A DNA stretch of 64,000 bases from Octopus sinensis (Eukaryota): assembly GCF_006345805.1 (NCBI RefSeq), contig NC_043009.1, positions 51,894,001 to 51,958,000 on the forward strand, read 5' to 3'. Below, piece by piece: positions 41,736 to 58,542 of the stretch. Both the position numbers and the translations under genes were made by a program. Within the stretch, counting starts at the first letter, position 1; each line of letters begins with the position of its first letter. The notes beneath the pieces were generated by a model. The model saw nothing but the letters and a program-made list of their open reading frames with translations, did not search any database and had not been told where the DNA came from.

Positions 41736-44700
41736 AAAGAAACTGTACTGGGATCTTCTCGAGGACCAAACCAACGGAGGAGGAAAGAAAAAACTTTCGA
41801 GCAGTAAGTAACCCTTGTATTTATTAATTCATTAGAACTATGATCAAGATTGGTTGTGTAAATGCGCGTGGCTTGGGGTCCCCTTGGAAACAAGGGTACC
41901 TCTTAAATGACATAAGTCACATAAGTTAGAAATCATAGCCATAAGCGAGACCAGACTCCACAATCCGCGGGCCCTAAAGACCATGTTTGGCGGACAGTTC
42001 AACATTTATTTTTCCCCCTGTCTGCCGAGAATAGGGCGGTAGTGGCACCGCGGTACTTTTTCACAAGAGTCTGGATCTCAAGTAAGGACAATATTCGTAA
42101 ACCGGAGGGTAGACTGGTCGTCCTGGATGTCGACGGCAGCAATGGGGTGGCCTTTTCGACTCGTATCAGTTTACGCACCGCCCTTAACAGGTCGGGCGGA
42201 TTTCTTTCAACGTCTAGAAGTTTTCTTGGGAACGTCTCGTCCTTTACTCTTAGTGGGGGATTGGAATGCTACCTTGGACACGCATGTAGACTACGTGGGT
42301 AGAGATAGGAATAGACGGGGATGCAATGCCTCAGAGACCTGCTCAGACGCTTTCAACTGTCTGACAGGTTCCGACTAGACCACCCGAATGCGCCAACGTG
42401 GACATGGAGCAACCGCATCGGGTCGTCGAGATCGTATCTAGATAGGATACTGTGTAGGACAGTAGATAGAGATAGCATAGGATGTCCACAATTCCACATA
42501 GTCAGCTACACGGATCACAAACTTGTGACTGTACCTAGACTTAGGTAAGACACTTAGGCAGGGTCCCGGATGCTGGAAACTAAACGCGTCTTTCCCATCG
42601 AGACAGGTATTCAGAGACCGGATTAGCACACTAGTAAAGAGGCTTTGACGGGAGCCATCATCAACAACAAATGGTGGTTTGCCCTCAAGAGAGCAGTAAA
42701 AGCAGAAGAAGCGATTAGGTACAGCAAAGCACTAGCCATAGATAGAAATAGAGTAGAGGGTGAGCTAGTTAAGAAGCTAGAAGAGGCAATTAGAAGCGGC
42801 ATCGCATCCGACGTTTTGGCGGCGAGGTTGGCCCTCGACCAACACTTCAACGCCAAACACGAAGGATGTGCTGTCAGAGCTAGGATGCGTGCTCTAAAGA
42901 ACGAAGGTGTGTGGAGGAGCCGCGAGAGAGGCCCGGGTGGCAGAGGCGCAACAGGGCAACAAAGCCACCATTCGGTCACTGGTAGATGAACAGGGGCGCG
43001 AATTGCTCGAGCCAAGTAAAATGTGTGAGGCCTTTCAGCAGCATTTTGCCCGACTGTTCGGAACGAGTGGAGGGCAAGAACGTAGGGTGGACTTCAGTGC
43101 CTACCTACATAGCCTACCACGACTCTCGACAAGAAAGGCAGGGTGCTGCGAAGGTGCCATCACGGCGGCGGAAGTGCGGGAAGCGATGGCAGAATGCTCG
43201 AGGGACAAATCACCGGGTTTGGATGGTCTACCCTACGAGCTTTACAATTGTATGCCAGACTTGTTTAGGAGATCTCTTGGCGGCGGTGTACTGCAACTGG
43301 CAGCAAAACGGGAGCATTCCTGGTTTTGTGAGCCGAGGAGCCGTAACACTGCTGAAGAAAGATCTAAACAAGGGAAATGTAATAGATAACTTTAGGCCCA
43401 TCACTCTGCTAATGCAGACTTGAAAATTTTGGCCAAGGTGCTAGCCAAGAGGTTGGCGCTTGTCATCGAGAAACTGGTCGACAAGGCGCAAACATGCGCC
43501 GTGCCAGGCCGGCCATCCATGACAACCTCCATCTGATGCGCTACATCATAGACAGGGTAGTTAACGAACCTGGCATGGGTGGGGCCCTGATCAACTTGGA
43601 TCAATCGAAAGCCTTTGATAGGGTAGACCATCGATACTTGGAGGCAGTCCTGAGAGCGGCTGGTTTCGGTCCCGTCTTCCGCGGCTGGATAGCTGCCTTG
43701 TACAGAGGCATCCGTTCGGTAATTCGCGTAAATGGACATCTATCGAGACCTTTCCACATTGCACGTTCGGTCCGTCAGGGATGCCCCCTCTCGGCGCTTC
43801 TATACGTATTGACTCTTGAGCCACTACTGCGGAAGCTGGCGAATCTAAGGGGCATCCCGCGAGAATTGGGATGCGGGACGAGCGTGTCTGCATACGCGGA
43901 CGACGTCACCGTCATAGTGTCTAGCCACGAGCACATCGAGCTGGTCGGCGAGGCGAGACTGAAAAACTACGACGAAGCGGTGACAGGAGCGAAAATCAAC
44001 CGGGAAAAGTCAGTGGGCTTGCGACTAGGCACCTGGAGAAGCAAGCCCATGCCGTCCACCAGCGCCTCCGTCGTGGGACGCTGGACCGACGGCCCGGTTG
44101 AGTTGCTCGGGGTCTGGTTGGTCCGGACCTCCAAGTGGAGAAGAACTGGAACGAGATAACGAGTAGGGTGGTCACTCTCGACCGGCAATGGGCCGAAGGA
44201 AAACTGTCCCTAAAAGGTCGAGCGGAGGTGGCGAACACGTACATCGCGTCCGTCATCTACTACCGCCTGACCGTCGTACCTTGTCCCGACCCTACCATCA
44301 CCAAACTACAACGCATCCTCTTTCGCTTCTTGTGGAAAGGATGCGTCCCGATGGTCAGGCGATCCATTTGCTGTCAACACCCGTTAAAAGGAGGGCTGGG
44401 CATGCCGTGGTTGATGATGCGCAGACACGCGCTGAGACTGCGACATCTCTGGCTCTATGTAGATGACGGTGAACAGGTGTGGTCGCCGTTTGTGAGGCAC
44501 GCTTTCCCGCAGCTCGTCTCCATGACCGAACTGCAGTCGTGGATCAAAAAGAGGCCGAGGAAGAGCGAATGGCACCGCGAGTGTCGCGTTGCTCTCAAGC
44601 AACTCTGCCGTCCTGGGTCGACCCCTTAAGTGACTTCAACACAACCAAAGCATTCTATAGGGGTTTAGTGGAGGGGAGGTACGACGACGAGCTCGGGGCG

Positions 44701-45652
44701 AACCTGGACGTCGACGAGGAGTACCTGACCCGCCTGTTCAGGACGACTTTCGGGCCAGGGCCCATGGACAACTTCCAGAGATCCCTGGCCTGGCAGTGCT
44801 ACCGAGAAGCGCTACCCGTTCGGGATAAGCTCTACAGACACGGCTCGAGAAAACGGGCCCGACTTGCCCGAGATGCGGTCAGAGCGACGAAACCGTTCTG
44901 CACGCACTCGTTCAGTGTCCAACAATTTCCGACCTGTGGGCTTATGTCGAACAACTGCTGTCACGTGTGGGACGAGTCGGTTTATCAGCTGAGTCTATCG
45001 TCAATATTGTCACACCTCCTTCCTTCAAACGGAAGGAAGAGCTATTTCATCATCCTTGTGGCTATGGCGAAAGAATGTATCTGGTGGACGCGTCTGAAAG
45101 GATTGGAGACAAAACACTTTCCTCTCTGGTCAATCTCTCATCAACTTCTTCAAGTACCACTTGAAAAAGAAAGTGAGAGTAGAGAGGCAAGTTTTGTCTA
45201 GCGATGTTTTAAAAAAAGATGGGTGAATGTAGCAAGAATGGCACGTATGAATGACGAAGCCACCTTGAGCTTAGTCCTATGAACCAGAAATCGAAAACAG
45301 AGAGTTGCTTATTTGCAAAAAAAAAAAAAAAAAAAAGAAATATAAAATGTGACTTCATTGACCGAGGTTACCGTGGTCTTTTCCGTAGGCTTTTCTTTCC
45401 ACGGGTAAAACCTCACCTGTCCTCCCCTTTACACTTCATATTGACATTTCTGTGATAACGATCCCTATTGATCATTTTTTTTTTTCCCTCTCCCCCTTTT
45501 TTTTTAACCCTCTTTTTTTGTCCTCTTTCTCCTTTTACGATCCCTTTTGATCGAACTCCCCCTTCCTTTTTTTTTTTTTTAAAACTTCAAAAGAAAAGCT
45601 ATACCTTGTAATTGTTCTATCTGTGTGCGCCTGTGTGGCTAATAATGAAACA
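41736..45652 (+). mobile_element. Tx1/L1-clade non-LTR retrotransposon, 5'-truncated (end of ORF1 plus ORF2 APE-RT-CCHC), multiply frameshifted
   Basis: ATG at 41840, MIKIGCVNARGL (APE start); VSVYAP, LVGDWN, SYLDRI, YTDHK (APE motifs); KSPGLDG, NFRPITLL, LDQSKAFDRV, VRQGCPLS, AYADDV (RT); LSLKGR, GGLGMP, CPRC...ETVLH...C (Tx1/L1 C-terminus). Both ends lie in (TATC)n. Confidence 0.92.
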
Positions 45653-45665
45653 TATCTATCTATCC

Positions 45666-45718
<53 letters not shown>

Positions 45719-45719
45719 C

Positions 45720-45754
<35 letters not shown>

Positions 45755-45785
45755 CCTATCTATCTATCTACCTATCTATCTATCC

Positions 45786-45822
<37 letters not shown>

Positions 45823-45823
45823 C

Positions 45824-45880
<57 letters not shown>

Positions 45881-45939
45881 CATCTATCTATCTATCTATT
45901 TATCTATCTATCTATCTACCTATCTATCTATCTATCTAT

Positions 45940-46172
45940 CTTCTTTTTTCATTTCTCTTTTCTTTTGTTCCTTTTCCTTTTCTTTTTTTTTCTTTTTATT
46001 CCTTTTATTTTTTTTGTTCTTTTCTTCCCTTTTACGATCCCTCTTGATCGAAAACCTACGCCACCCCTTTTTTTTCTTTTGTTTTTTGTTTTTTTCATCC
46101 CCCAAAAGAAAAGCTCTACCTTGTAACTGTCCCATCTGTGTGCAGCCCTGTGTGGCCAATAAAGAAACTTAT
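45940..46172 (+). mobile_element. Second, severely 5'-truncated 3' UTR of the same Tx1-like family
   Basis: TTTTACGATCCC..GATCGAA and AAAAGAAAAGCT.TACCTTGTAA.TGT...ATCTGTGTGC...CTGTGTGGC.AATAA.GAAAC.TATCTATC match 45530-45660 with substitutions. Confidence 0.85.
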
Positions 46173-46202
46173 CTATCAGTCTGTCTGTCTGTATGTCTGT
46201 CC

Positions 46203-46236
<34 letters not shown>

Positions 46237-46527
46237 ATGTCTGTCTGTTTGTCTATGTAAGCCATAGTTCAGTTTTATTTCAAAATTTCTTGTAAATAAA
46301 GAACGAGCCGGTTTCTAACCTAGATCCAAGGTTCCTTCATTGGTACTTCAACATCTACAAATGGGTATTTTTGCATGTATGTATGAGTCTGTATGTACGT
46401 ATGCATGCATGTATGAATGTATATTTCACTCTCTCTCTCTCTCTCTGTATATATACACACACACACAGACACAGACACACAGAACACAACCACACACACA
46501 CACACACCACACATACACACACACACA

Positions 46528-49978
<3,451 letters not shown>

Positions 49979-50237
49979 AAAAACACACAAACACACACAC
50001 ACACACAGACACATACACGTGCACACACACCTCCTGATGTGTTTTTATAGTTCTATCAGTATGTATGGGCAAGAAAGACGGGTTACGAAATGATGGTTGC
50101 ATTCTATAACGAAAATTACAAAAAAAAAAGTATTATGTTGAAAAGGCTTTAGCTAGTGACATAATCCTACTGAAATATTTTCGTATTCTCCTGTAATATC
50201 TGCGATGAAAATATATGTGCGTATGTACGTATGTATT

Positions 50238-50304
<67 letters not shown>

Positions 50305-50322
50305 GCATATATATATACATTC

Positions 50323-50384
<62 letters not shown>

Positions 50385-50385
<1 letters not shown>

Positions 50386-51067
50386 AAGGGTGAAAAGGAA
50401 CACACGAGTTGATATATATGAAAAAACAAGTCCAAAATAGAAAATGCTAAAATAATTTTATAGTGAACATTTCAGTACCGGTTTCGGTCATTTTGAGACC
50501 TTTTCAACTGTAACGATTAAATAATTAAATTTAGAAAACTTAGAAGAAAAGTTTTTTTAAAGGAATATTTCTATAGTAGTGTTCAGATATAAGTGGCATT
50601 CTGCCTTTCTCTGACTCCCTTGTTTGTACTTGTGTGTTCGAGGTCGTTATGAGTTCTTGGTAGGGTAGTAGAGGAAGAGGGTTGGTGAGGAAAGGGGGGT
50701 GGGAGAATATGGGAGTGCCCTGATGGTCGTATTTTGAATGGTCAGTGGCGGCTGGCAGTCTCAGTTCAATTCAGGAGAATATTTATATTGACAGGCTTGT
50801 TTATAGAATTAGCGTAGGTGTTATACTAAAAAACATTAGTGACAAAGTTAAGGGGTAGGGGGTGGAGAAGTAGAAGAAGAAGAAGAAGAAGAAGGAGAAG
50901 GGGAAGGAGAAGATGACGATGATGGTGATGGTGGTGATGATTATGACGACGATGATGATGATAATGATGATGATGAAGAAGAAGAAGAAGGAGGAGGAGA
51001 AGGAGAAGATGGTGGTGATGATGGTGGTGATGATGATGACGACGATGATGATGATAATGATGATGAT

Positions 51068-51102
<35 letters not shown>

Positions 51103-52715
51103 AAAAACAGAGAAGGGAGAATATGAATGGGTGTAAATATAGCTATGAAGGGGCTGATTAGTAATGGATTCTATGGAGTGTAATATTTGTGTGTGTATAT
51201 ATATTTTTTTCTTTTATTCTAAAGTTGAGGTATATTAATTGTTTGTCGTAGACCCGTTAAGAAGTGGCTTGTATTTTGTAATAAGAGATTTTCTTTACTT
51301 ATTCGTTGTCTCGAGGTTGTATCGTCCCTAAATTGGTAGAGGGGGAAAATTCTGAAGTTTGGTGTTTTTTTGTTGGCGCAAGTATCTATGTGTTGGCTAA
51401 AAGCTATTTTTCTGTTTTGGGGAATTTTTATCTGGGATCTGTGCAGGGCCATTCGTTTACGCAAGCCATTTTTTGTTTGGCCTATGTACTGCTCTTGACA
51501 CCCGGAGCAGGTTAGTGAGTATATTAGGTTCTCCGAAGCACATGTGAAATTGCTTTTCACTGTAAACCGTTGTCCCTGTTTGAAGGAGAACTCTGATCCC
51601 TCAATAAGATAGTCGCATATCCCGCAATTGGGTCTTCCACATTTTTTTACTGTCGGCTTCTGTGTTGAAGAGTGGATTCGGGCTTGTGTAAGGAGACTTT
51701 TCATGGATCTAGGCTGTCTTTTGCTTTTTATGATCGTGTGTGTTTGGAGGATTGTGTTCATTCTGTGGTCTTTTTTTAGGAGGGGTATGTTGTGGAGGAT
51801 GGTGTCGAAGGCTTCGTTATTGAGAGGGTTGTGTGTGGAGATGTATGGTAAGGCTTTTGGTTGTAAGTTTTTCTTGATTTGGGATGTCTCAGTTCCTTGA
51901 TGTTAAGCTGAAGGGCACGTTGAATGCACTTGTCAATAAGTGAAGGTGGATAGTTCCTGGTGATTAGGGTATCTTTTAGTTCTTGTAGTCGTGTGTCTCT
52001 GGTGTTTGCGTTAGAGACTATAGTGCATATCCTTTTTGCTAGATTGAAGGGGATATTCATCCTGGTGTGTCTGGGGTGGCATGAATTGAATGGAAGATAT
52101 TGCTTAGAGTCTGTAGGCTTATAGTATATGTCTGTTTCTATTATATTATTAGCTTTCTTAATGAGGATATCGAGGAAGGGGAGTTGTTGTTGGCTATATT
52201 CCATCGTGCATTGGATGTTTACGTCCAGTCCGTTTAAAATTTTCTGGAATTCTATGAGTTTTTCTATATTTTTATGCCAAAGGATGAAACAGTCATCTAG
52301 ATATCTCTTCCAGTTGTTTTCTATGTAGATGGAGAAAGGGCTGCCATATCTTTCTAGAACCTTACGATACAGACTGATCTCTAGGTATCCTATGACTAGG
52401 TTGGCAAAGGAGGGGGCCATTCGTGTACCCATCGCAGTCCCCGATTTTTGTCGGTAGAAGTTGTCATTGAAGGCGAAGAAGTTATTTTCCAGGATGAATT
52501 TAACCCCTTCTATCACAAATTCTTTTTTGATGCGGTGTGGTAGTTCGTTGGCGTGATTCTCTAGCCAGAATTGGATTGCCTCTAGTCCTAGGTTGTGGGG
52601 GATATTGGAGTAGAGGTTGACTACATCGAAGGATACCAGTATGGTGTTTTTGTTTATAGTATTCGGTAGGTGATTGAGCATGTCTAAGTCGTCCCTTATA
52701 TAGCTTTTGTTTTTT
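50385..52715 (-). mobile_element. Penelope-like retroelement (RT + GIY-YIG endonuclease), 5'-truncated and frameshifted, with 3' terminal repeat
   Basis: ORF 51776..52681: [62 protein letters not shown] 51219..51761: CGRPNCGIC, NLIYSLTCSGCQEQYIGQT..LRKRM..H. Flanked by (TA)n. Confidence 0.93.
50470..50513 (-). ncRNA. Minimal type I hammerhead ribozyme of the Penelope-like element (U3-A8 variant)
   Basis: Reverse strand: TTACAG-TTGAAAA-GGTC TCAAAAT GACC-GAAA-CCGG-TA-CTGAAA. Same strand as the RT ORF, and 3' of it. Confidence 0.75.
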
Positions 52716-52808
52716 CATATATATATATATATATATACATATATATATACATATATACATATATAATGTTAAATACATACATATATATATATGTATATAT
52801 ATATATGT

Positions 52809-52848
<40 letters not shown>

Positions 52849-52897
52849 TGTGTGTGTGTATATATATACATGTATTTATACATTCATGCATACGTAA

Positions 52898-52943
<46 letters not shown>

Positions 52944-53980
52944 ACATATGTATATGTATATATATGTGTGTGTGTATATATATACATGTATTTATACATT
53001 CATGCATACGTAAATACATACATATAGAGGCAAAAAATATTTAATATTGTTAACACGAAATATAAAATTCTCTTTTGCGATTTTGTGATTATTTTAAAAT
53101 TTATATTTTTTATGAATATTTATCAAAACGTTATTTTGTAAAGTATTGTCATATAAATTCTCCTCCTTATATATTAACATTCTTAAAGGTAAAAAAAAAT
53201 TGAGAACTTAACAAAAATATTAATATTAATCACGAAAGTATTTGAAATATTGAAATTTAATAGTTGTTACTAAGAAAAATTATTTTTCTACTCAAAATTC
53301 AAACGTTGTCTACAAAATAAAGAGAAAAAAATATTATAAAACCAAAAGGAACACTTAAATTTTTTTTTCTTTTTAACAGGAACAAAAATCGATAAAACCT
53401 ATTTTAGCGAGTTTAAAACAAAGAAAATATACTAAAATCATTTGGAATTCTGACCTAAGACTTGTTATTATAATTTGAAAGAAATTCCTTTTGTGATCTG
53501 CTGACACTTATTCTTAACTAAAGGTTTGCGAATGTAAATTTGATTTATTCAAAATCTTGGACTTGGTGGAAAGGATGAATAAACATCTGCTCACTGACGC
53601 ATGTCTAACCTCTTCAGTTTGTACTTATTTTAGTTTTTGCATGCGTGAAATTGTCAGTACTGTTTGGTTTAATTAACCAAGCGTGACAAATATGAGGAAC
53701 ATGCCAGGGTAATTATGGTGTTGATGCTGTTGAAGAAATGTTATATTATACACCTACGAGGATCCGGCAATTTCTCTACGCCGAATTTTAAGTTGACATC
53801 CATCAATTTGAAGGTTATACTTAGGTATATCTGGTGGTTTGGAAGCTCGCTTTGCAACCATGTTTTTGGGATGATTTTTACTGAGCGACTTTTGGGCAAA
53901 CTTATTTTTATATGCGCGTGTAAATATACGTATATATATATATGTGTGTGTGTGTGTGGTGTGTGTGTGTGTGTGTATGC

Positions 53981-54643
53981 GGAGGCGCAATGGCCCAGTG
54001 GTTAGGGAAGCGGAATCGCGGTCGTAGGATCGCGGTTTCGATTCCCAGACCGGGCGTTGTGTGTGTTTATTGAACGAAAACACCTAAAGCTCCACGAGGC
54101 TCCGGCAGGGGGTGGTGGCGATCCCTGCCGTACTCTTCCGCCACAACTTTCTTTCACTCTTTCTTCTGTTGGCCTACTCGCTTAGCCAGTGGGGTGGCGT
54201 AATTTGAAGGCTAAAACAATGCGAAGCGCATTGTGACAAGCGATGTGTAACAACATCTGATAGTCTGGTCGGTCACGTGATCACGTGATATACTTATATA
54301 TATGTATATATATGTGTGTGTGTGTATGTGTGTGTGGAGGCGCAATGGCCCAGTGGTTAGGGAAGCGGAATCGTGGTCGTAGGGCCGCGGATTCGATTCC
54401 CAGACCGGGCGTTGTGAGTGTTTATTGAGCGAAAACACATAAAGCTACACGAGGCTCCGGCAAGGATTGGTGGCGATCCCTGCTGCACTCTTTCGCCGCA
54501 ACTTTCTCTCACTCTTTCTTCTGTTGGCCTGCTCGCTTAGCCATCGGGGTGACGTCATTTGAAAACTAAAACAATGCGAAGCGCATTGTGACCAGCGATG
54601 TGTAGCAACATCTGATAGCCTGGTCGGTCACGTGATCACGTGA
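53981..54643 (+). mobile_element. Two tandem full-length SINE family C copies with tail type 3 (53981-54288 and 54336-54643)
   Basis: GGAGGCGCAATGGCCCAGTGGTTAGGG head with GTTTCGATTCCC/GATTCGATTCCC B box. Both end GGTCACGTGATCACGTGA. Confidence 0.9.
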
Positions 54644-54676
54644 TATGTATGTATGTATCTCTCTCTCTCTATATAT

Positions 54677-54769
<93 letters not shown>

Positions 54770-54770
<1 letters not shown>

Positions 54771-55410
54771 CCCTCTGGCAACGTATTTGATCCTTGACCA
54801 TGTTGGTTGCAAACACTTGTCAATAGTTTCTTGGTCAATCATTTTGTGTTGGAGTGACAGAGTTTTAAATATTATCGTTTGTTGCGCTATGCGTTGTTGT
54901 ATATCGTGAGCGGTGGGGAGGTTAAATTAACATTTGTGTCATCTCTCTGTAATAAATTCCTCACTTTTTTTATCTCTTCAACATTAAAGTAGAGTGATTC
55001 TTGTTGCACTCTCACTGCTGATTCGAAACCGCGATTGCTTAGTTTAAATCCATCTTTCTTGAGGTCCTTAATTTTGTTGTTCGTGGTGTCCTTGAAAGTA
55101 TCTATTGTATTTCTTTTGAGAAGTAGATCATTCCTCTCTCTTGCTCGCAACAAGGGAGAGAAAGAGACAATTCGGTGTACACGTCGTCTTAGTGGGCTTA
55201 ACCCGCACCTAGGGTGGAAGCCACGATTGAAAAATTAATTACGTAGCAAAAATACAAATAAACGTGGGCAAAATTAGCCCATAATAGGGGGAATTTTGGT
55301 TCAGCTACAAAGACGCACAAGATTCAACAATAATAATTATAAACACACTTTGGTAACATGAATTTACAAAACGTACTAGCGTAAAAAGCGCACGTCAGTT
55401 CGGCAAGTAA
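54770..55410 (-). mobile_element. Probable 5' end (UTR plus start of ORF1) of an L1/Tx1-type LINE, truncated at (TA)n
   Basis: Charged ORF 54887..55153 continues in another frame as ...[40 protein letters not shown], which is reminiscent of Tx1-type ORF1 N-termini. Not verified by search. Confidence 0.45.
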
Positions 55411-57784
55411 TTATCCAACCCTTCATACGTCGCCTAACGACAGGAAAGTCCATGATATATGTGTGTGTGTGTGATTGTATATATATATATATATATATAT
55501 AATGGCTGCCTCCTCAAGAAACTTAAACTTTTCAAAGCCAATGTTAAAGTTTTTAGCCATGCTCAAGTATCCAAGTATGAATGCAAGTTCGGGGTGGTGT
55601 GGGGTTATGTCTACTTCTTTCAGACAGTGAATGAATTAATATTTAAATATAAAGAATATGCTTATATTATTACATTTCCTCTGATCCACGCTGTGTTGTG
55701 TATTATATATACAACCACACGTACTTTCACACACAGACACACACTCACACATGTATACATTTGTGTATGTATACATGTACGCGTTTGTATATACGTATGT
55801 ATGTAAACGCACACAGGCCCATGCTTATATTCACATTTATGTACTCCATATGTACCTATTAATTCAAATTATCTTTGATTCTTTCATTTCGACTGTCTTC
55901 TTTTGTTCCATTCCACTTTCTCTTTTATTATTCTCTAACATCTTCCTCTGTTCATTTTCTCTCTTGTTTCCCTGTTGTCGTGTTCTTTCCTAAACTTCCA
56001 TCACAATGTTTCCGTTTTGTTTTTATCTGCTTTTTATCTTTTTCTTTCTCTCGTCTTATTTTTTTGTGTCTTAGTTACTTTTTTATTCTCTTCGTTTGAT
56101 TTATTCATTTATAGATTATTTATTAATATATTCATTTTCAAAATAGCGGCAAATAACTTATTTACATATTTTGTTCTGCCATTCTTTGTGACGATGTATT
56201 TATTTTGAACAAACTTCTTTTTAATTCTTTTATCCTATATTGTTAAGTTTTTTCTGTTATAAAGATCTACAGAAAAACAATGCGAGATTTTAAATTCATC
56301 AAACATATGATATTCAATAAACAAATAAATACAACATAATCAAAATGAAATAAATTAGCCTCTTATAAACACAAAAATAATTTAATTAAAATAATTTTAA
56401 AAGGTGACTGTATTTTTCTCTTTTGTTGCATTTAATTATCAATGTAAAAAAATATAGATCTCAATGTTTTTTGTTATTCTTTGCGGTGCTAGTATTGTTG
56501 CTTGTCCTATTGTAGTTGCTATTGTAGATGTTCGTGTTGCTTTTGTATTTGCTACCATATTATTTGATCGTATTAATTATATAATCGTTCAGTAATTGGT
56601 GATGCTGGTAATTGAAATCAAATATAAGGATAAGATTTAAAAACACAAAAATATAAATTAGTTACCCATATAAATTTGCATTTCCTTTTTTCTATTATAT
56701 TTCGAAAGTATTTATTGTTTGTAGGTATTGTTGTAGATGTTATTCATCTCTTAGTCTAATCTCATATAAGAGGCATACGACACGTCGTTTGTTAAGAAAT
56801 TATTCGCTTCGTCATATGTTTGCAAAATGATACTGATTATGTCATTCTGGCGATTGTGAATAAGTATAAAACAGCACGATACATGACCACTTATAGCCAG
56901 ATGATTTAAGAGCATTTTAATTAGCAAGAAATATTAATAAATATGTATATTCTATGCATCTTCTTCCTTACTCTTCGATTTTAAATTTAAACTTCCATTA
57001 CCATCATGATTGATCTAGAAATGTTTGTCTTCATAAAAATAACTGACAGCCAGGGTACTCCACGTATATAGTGATTAGTCATAGTTCTATTGTTCCAGAT
57101 ATATGAAAAGGATCATATTTCATGTATCCAAGAAGCGGAGGGAAATCGTTCGGTATCCTGCCAAACACCACATCAAATGGTAATTATCTAACTCCCTGTT
57201 GTCTCTAATTTCATTGTTGATGCTTATTATGCTTCGTTCTGTGGCTGTTCTTTTCTAATTTTGCTCCGCATCGGACAAGCGGCGGTGACGACCACGCGGC
57301 CCTATTTCGAGTAATTTGTTTTTCTCTTTGGAAATCTTTTACCAGTGACGTTCCACTCGATCTTAGTTTGCAACATAACATATCGGAGGTTACTTTGTCT
57401 ACCGTACCATTTATATGAAGAATGTGGCGTACGGTGTGATAAGAAGGAGAGATTTTTGCTGAACTCTCGAGTCGATCAAACTTCTCATATTTCTTATAAA
57501 CGACGTATGTGTATGAACTAATAGACAGTAAATAGAAAATGTAAGGCCTAATATGAGAAACAGCTGATATTGTCTCTAAATGTGTGATGCAGTAAATGCA
57601 AAACAGAGCATGCGTGAAAGGGTTTTGTATAATCACCTGAACTACATAAAAAAAACCCAAAAAACCACAGAAGATCCTTCCTCAAATCAAAATATGTTGA
57701 TCCTTAAAAATAATCACTTACATATAAGATAACTTTGGTACATTCCCTTAAACAGACAAGATGGTCATAACATTTATTTTTATT

Positions 57785-58400
57785 TGGTTGTCCGCCTTCT
57801 CGACCGCATCAGAAATATGTGAGGTTGTTTGGCAGAGTGTTGAATAGAGGTGGGTCACTGAAGCCTAAGCTGTTACATAACTAACTCCTTATTCGTGATG
57901 GAGAAAATAGGATCCATCTCATCTCCTACAATCAGTGCCGTCCGGTTCGGCAGTTGGTATAGCTTTCAGTTCCAAAATTGAGAGCTAGACCTTCCAGTAT
58001 TTTTTGTATGTATATTACTGCGCATCTTTCACGCCTTCTCTCTAGGGAGTTGAGCCTCAGTTCATTTAAGTCACCTATTTGTCTGTGTGAATCTTATTCG
58101 TATTTATTTCTTTATTGCCCACAGTGGGCTAAACATAGAGGAGACAAACAAGGACAGACAAAGGGATTAAGTCGATTACATCGACCCAGTGCGTGACTGG
58201 TGCTTATTTAATCGACCCCGAAAAAAATGAAAGGCAAAGTCGACCTCGGCGGAATTTGAGCTCAGAACGTAACGGCAGACGAAATACTGATAAGCATTTC
58301 GCCCGGCGTGCTAACGATTCTGCCAGCTTACCGCCCTTCTGTGAATCTTATTTGTATTGTGCAGCTGGACTGCCTCAACGTGAGCCAATCCATATAACAA
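57785..58400 (-). mobile_element. Degraded CR1-clade LINE 3' fragment interrupted by a SINE B (58105-58339)
   Basis: Reverse translation LNELRLNSLERRRERCAVIYIQKILEGL...PPLFNTLP parallels LKLYSLQRRRERYII...GPALFNIVP in the element at 60-63 kb. Confidence 0.75.
58105..58339 (-). mobile_element. SINE family B with a 19-bp target-site duplication
   Basis: TGTGAATCTTATTCGTATT (58086-58104) and TGTGAATCTTATTTGTATT (58340-58358). Confidence 0.88.
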
Positions 58401-58493
58401 AGCACTATAAGAAAGGTGTTAAAAATATCCTACTCTCTATAAACAAGCCACTCTCTCACTCTCTTTCTTCATCTCTCTCGCTTTCTCTCTCTC

Positions 58494-58542
<49 letters not shown>

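Noticed and set aside
53981-54060. tRNA-like sequences here and at 1842, 10270-10335, 46860-46906 and 54336
   Set aside because: A and B boxes are present, but they are SINE heads continuing into SINE bodies with no proper acceptor stem, so they are not called as tRNA genes.
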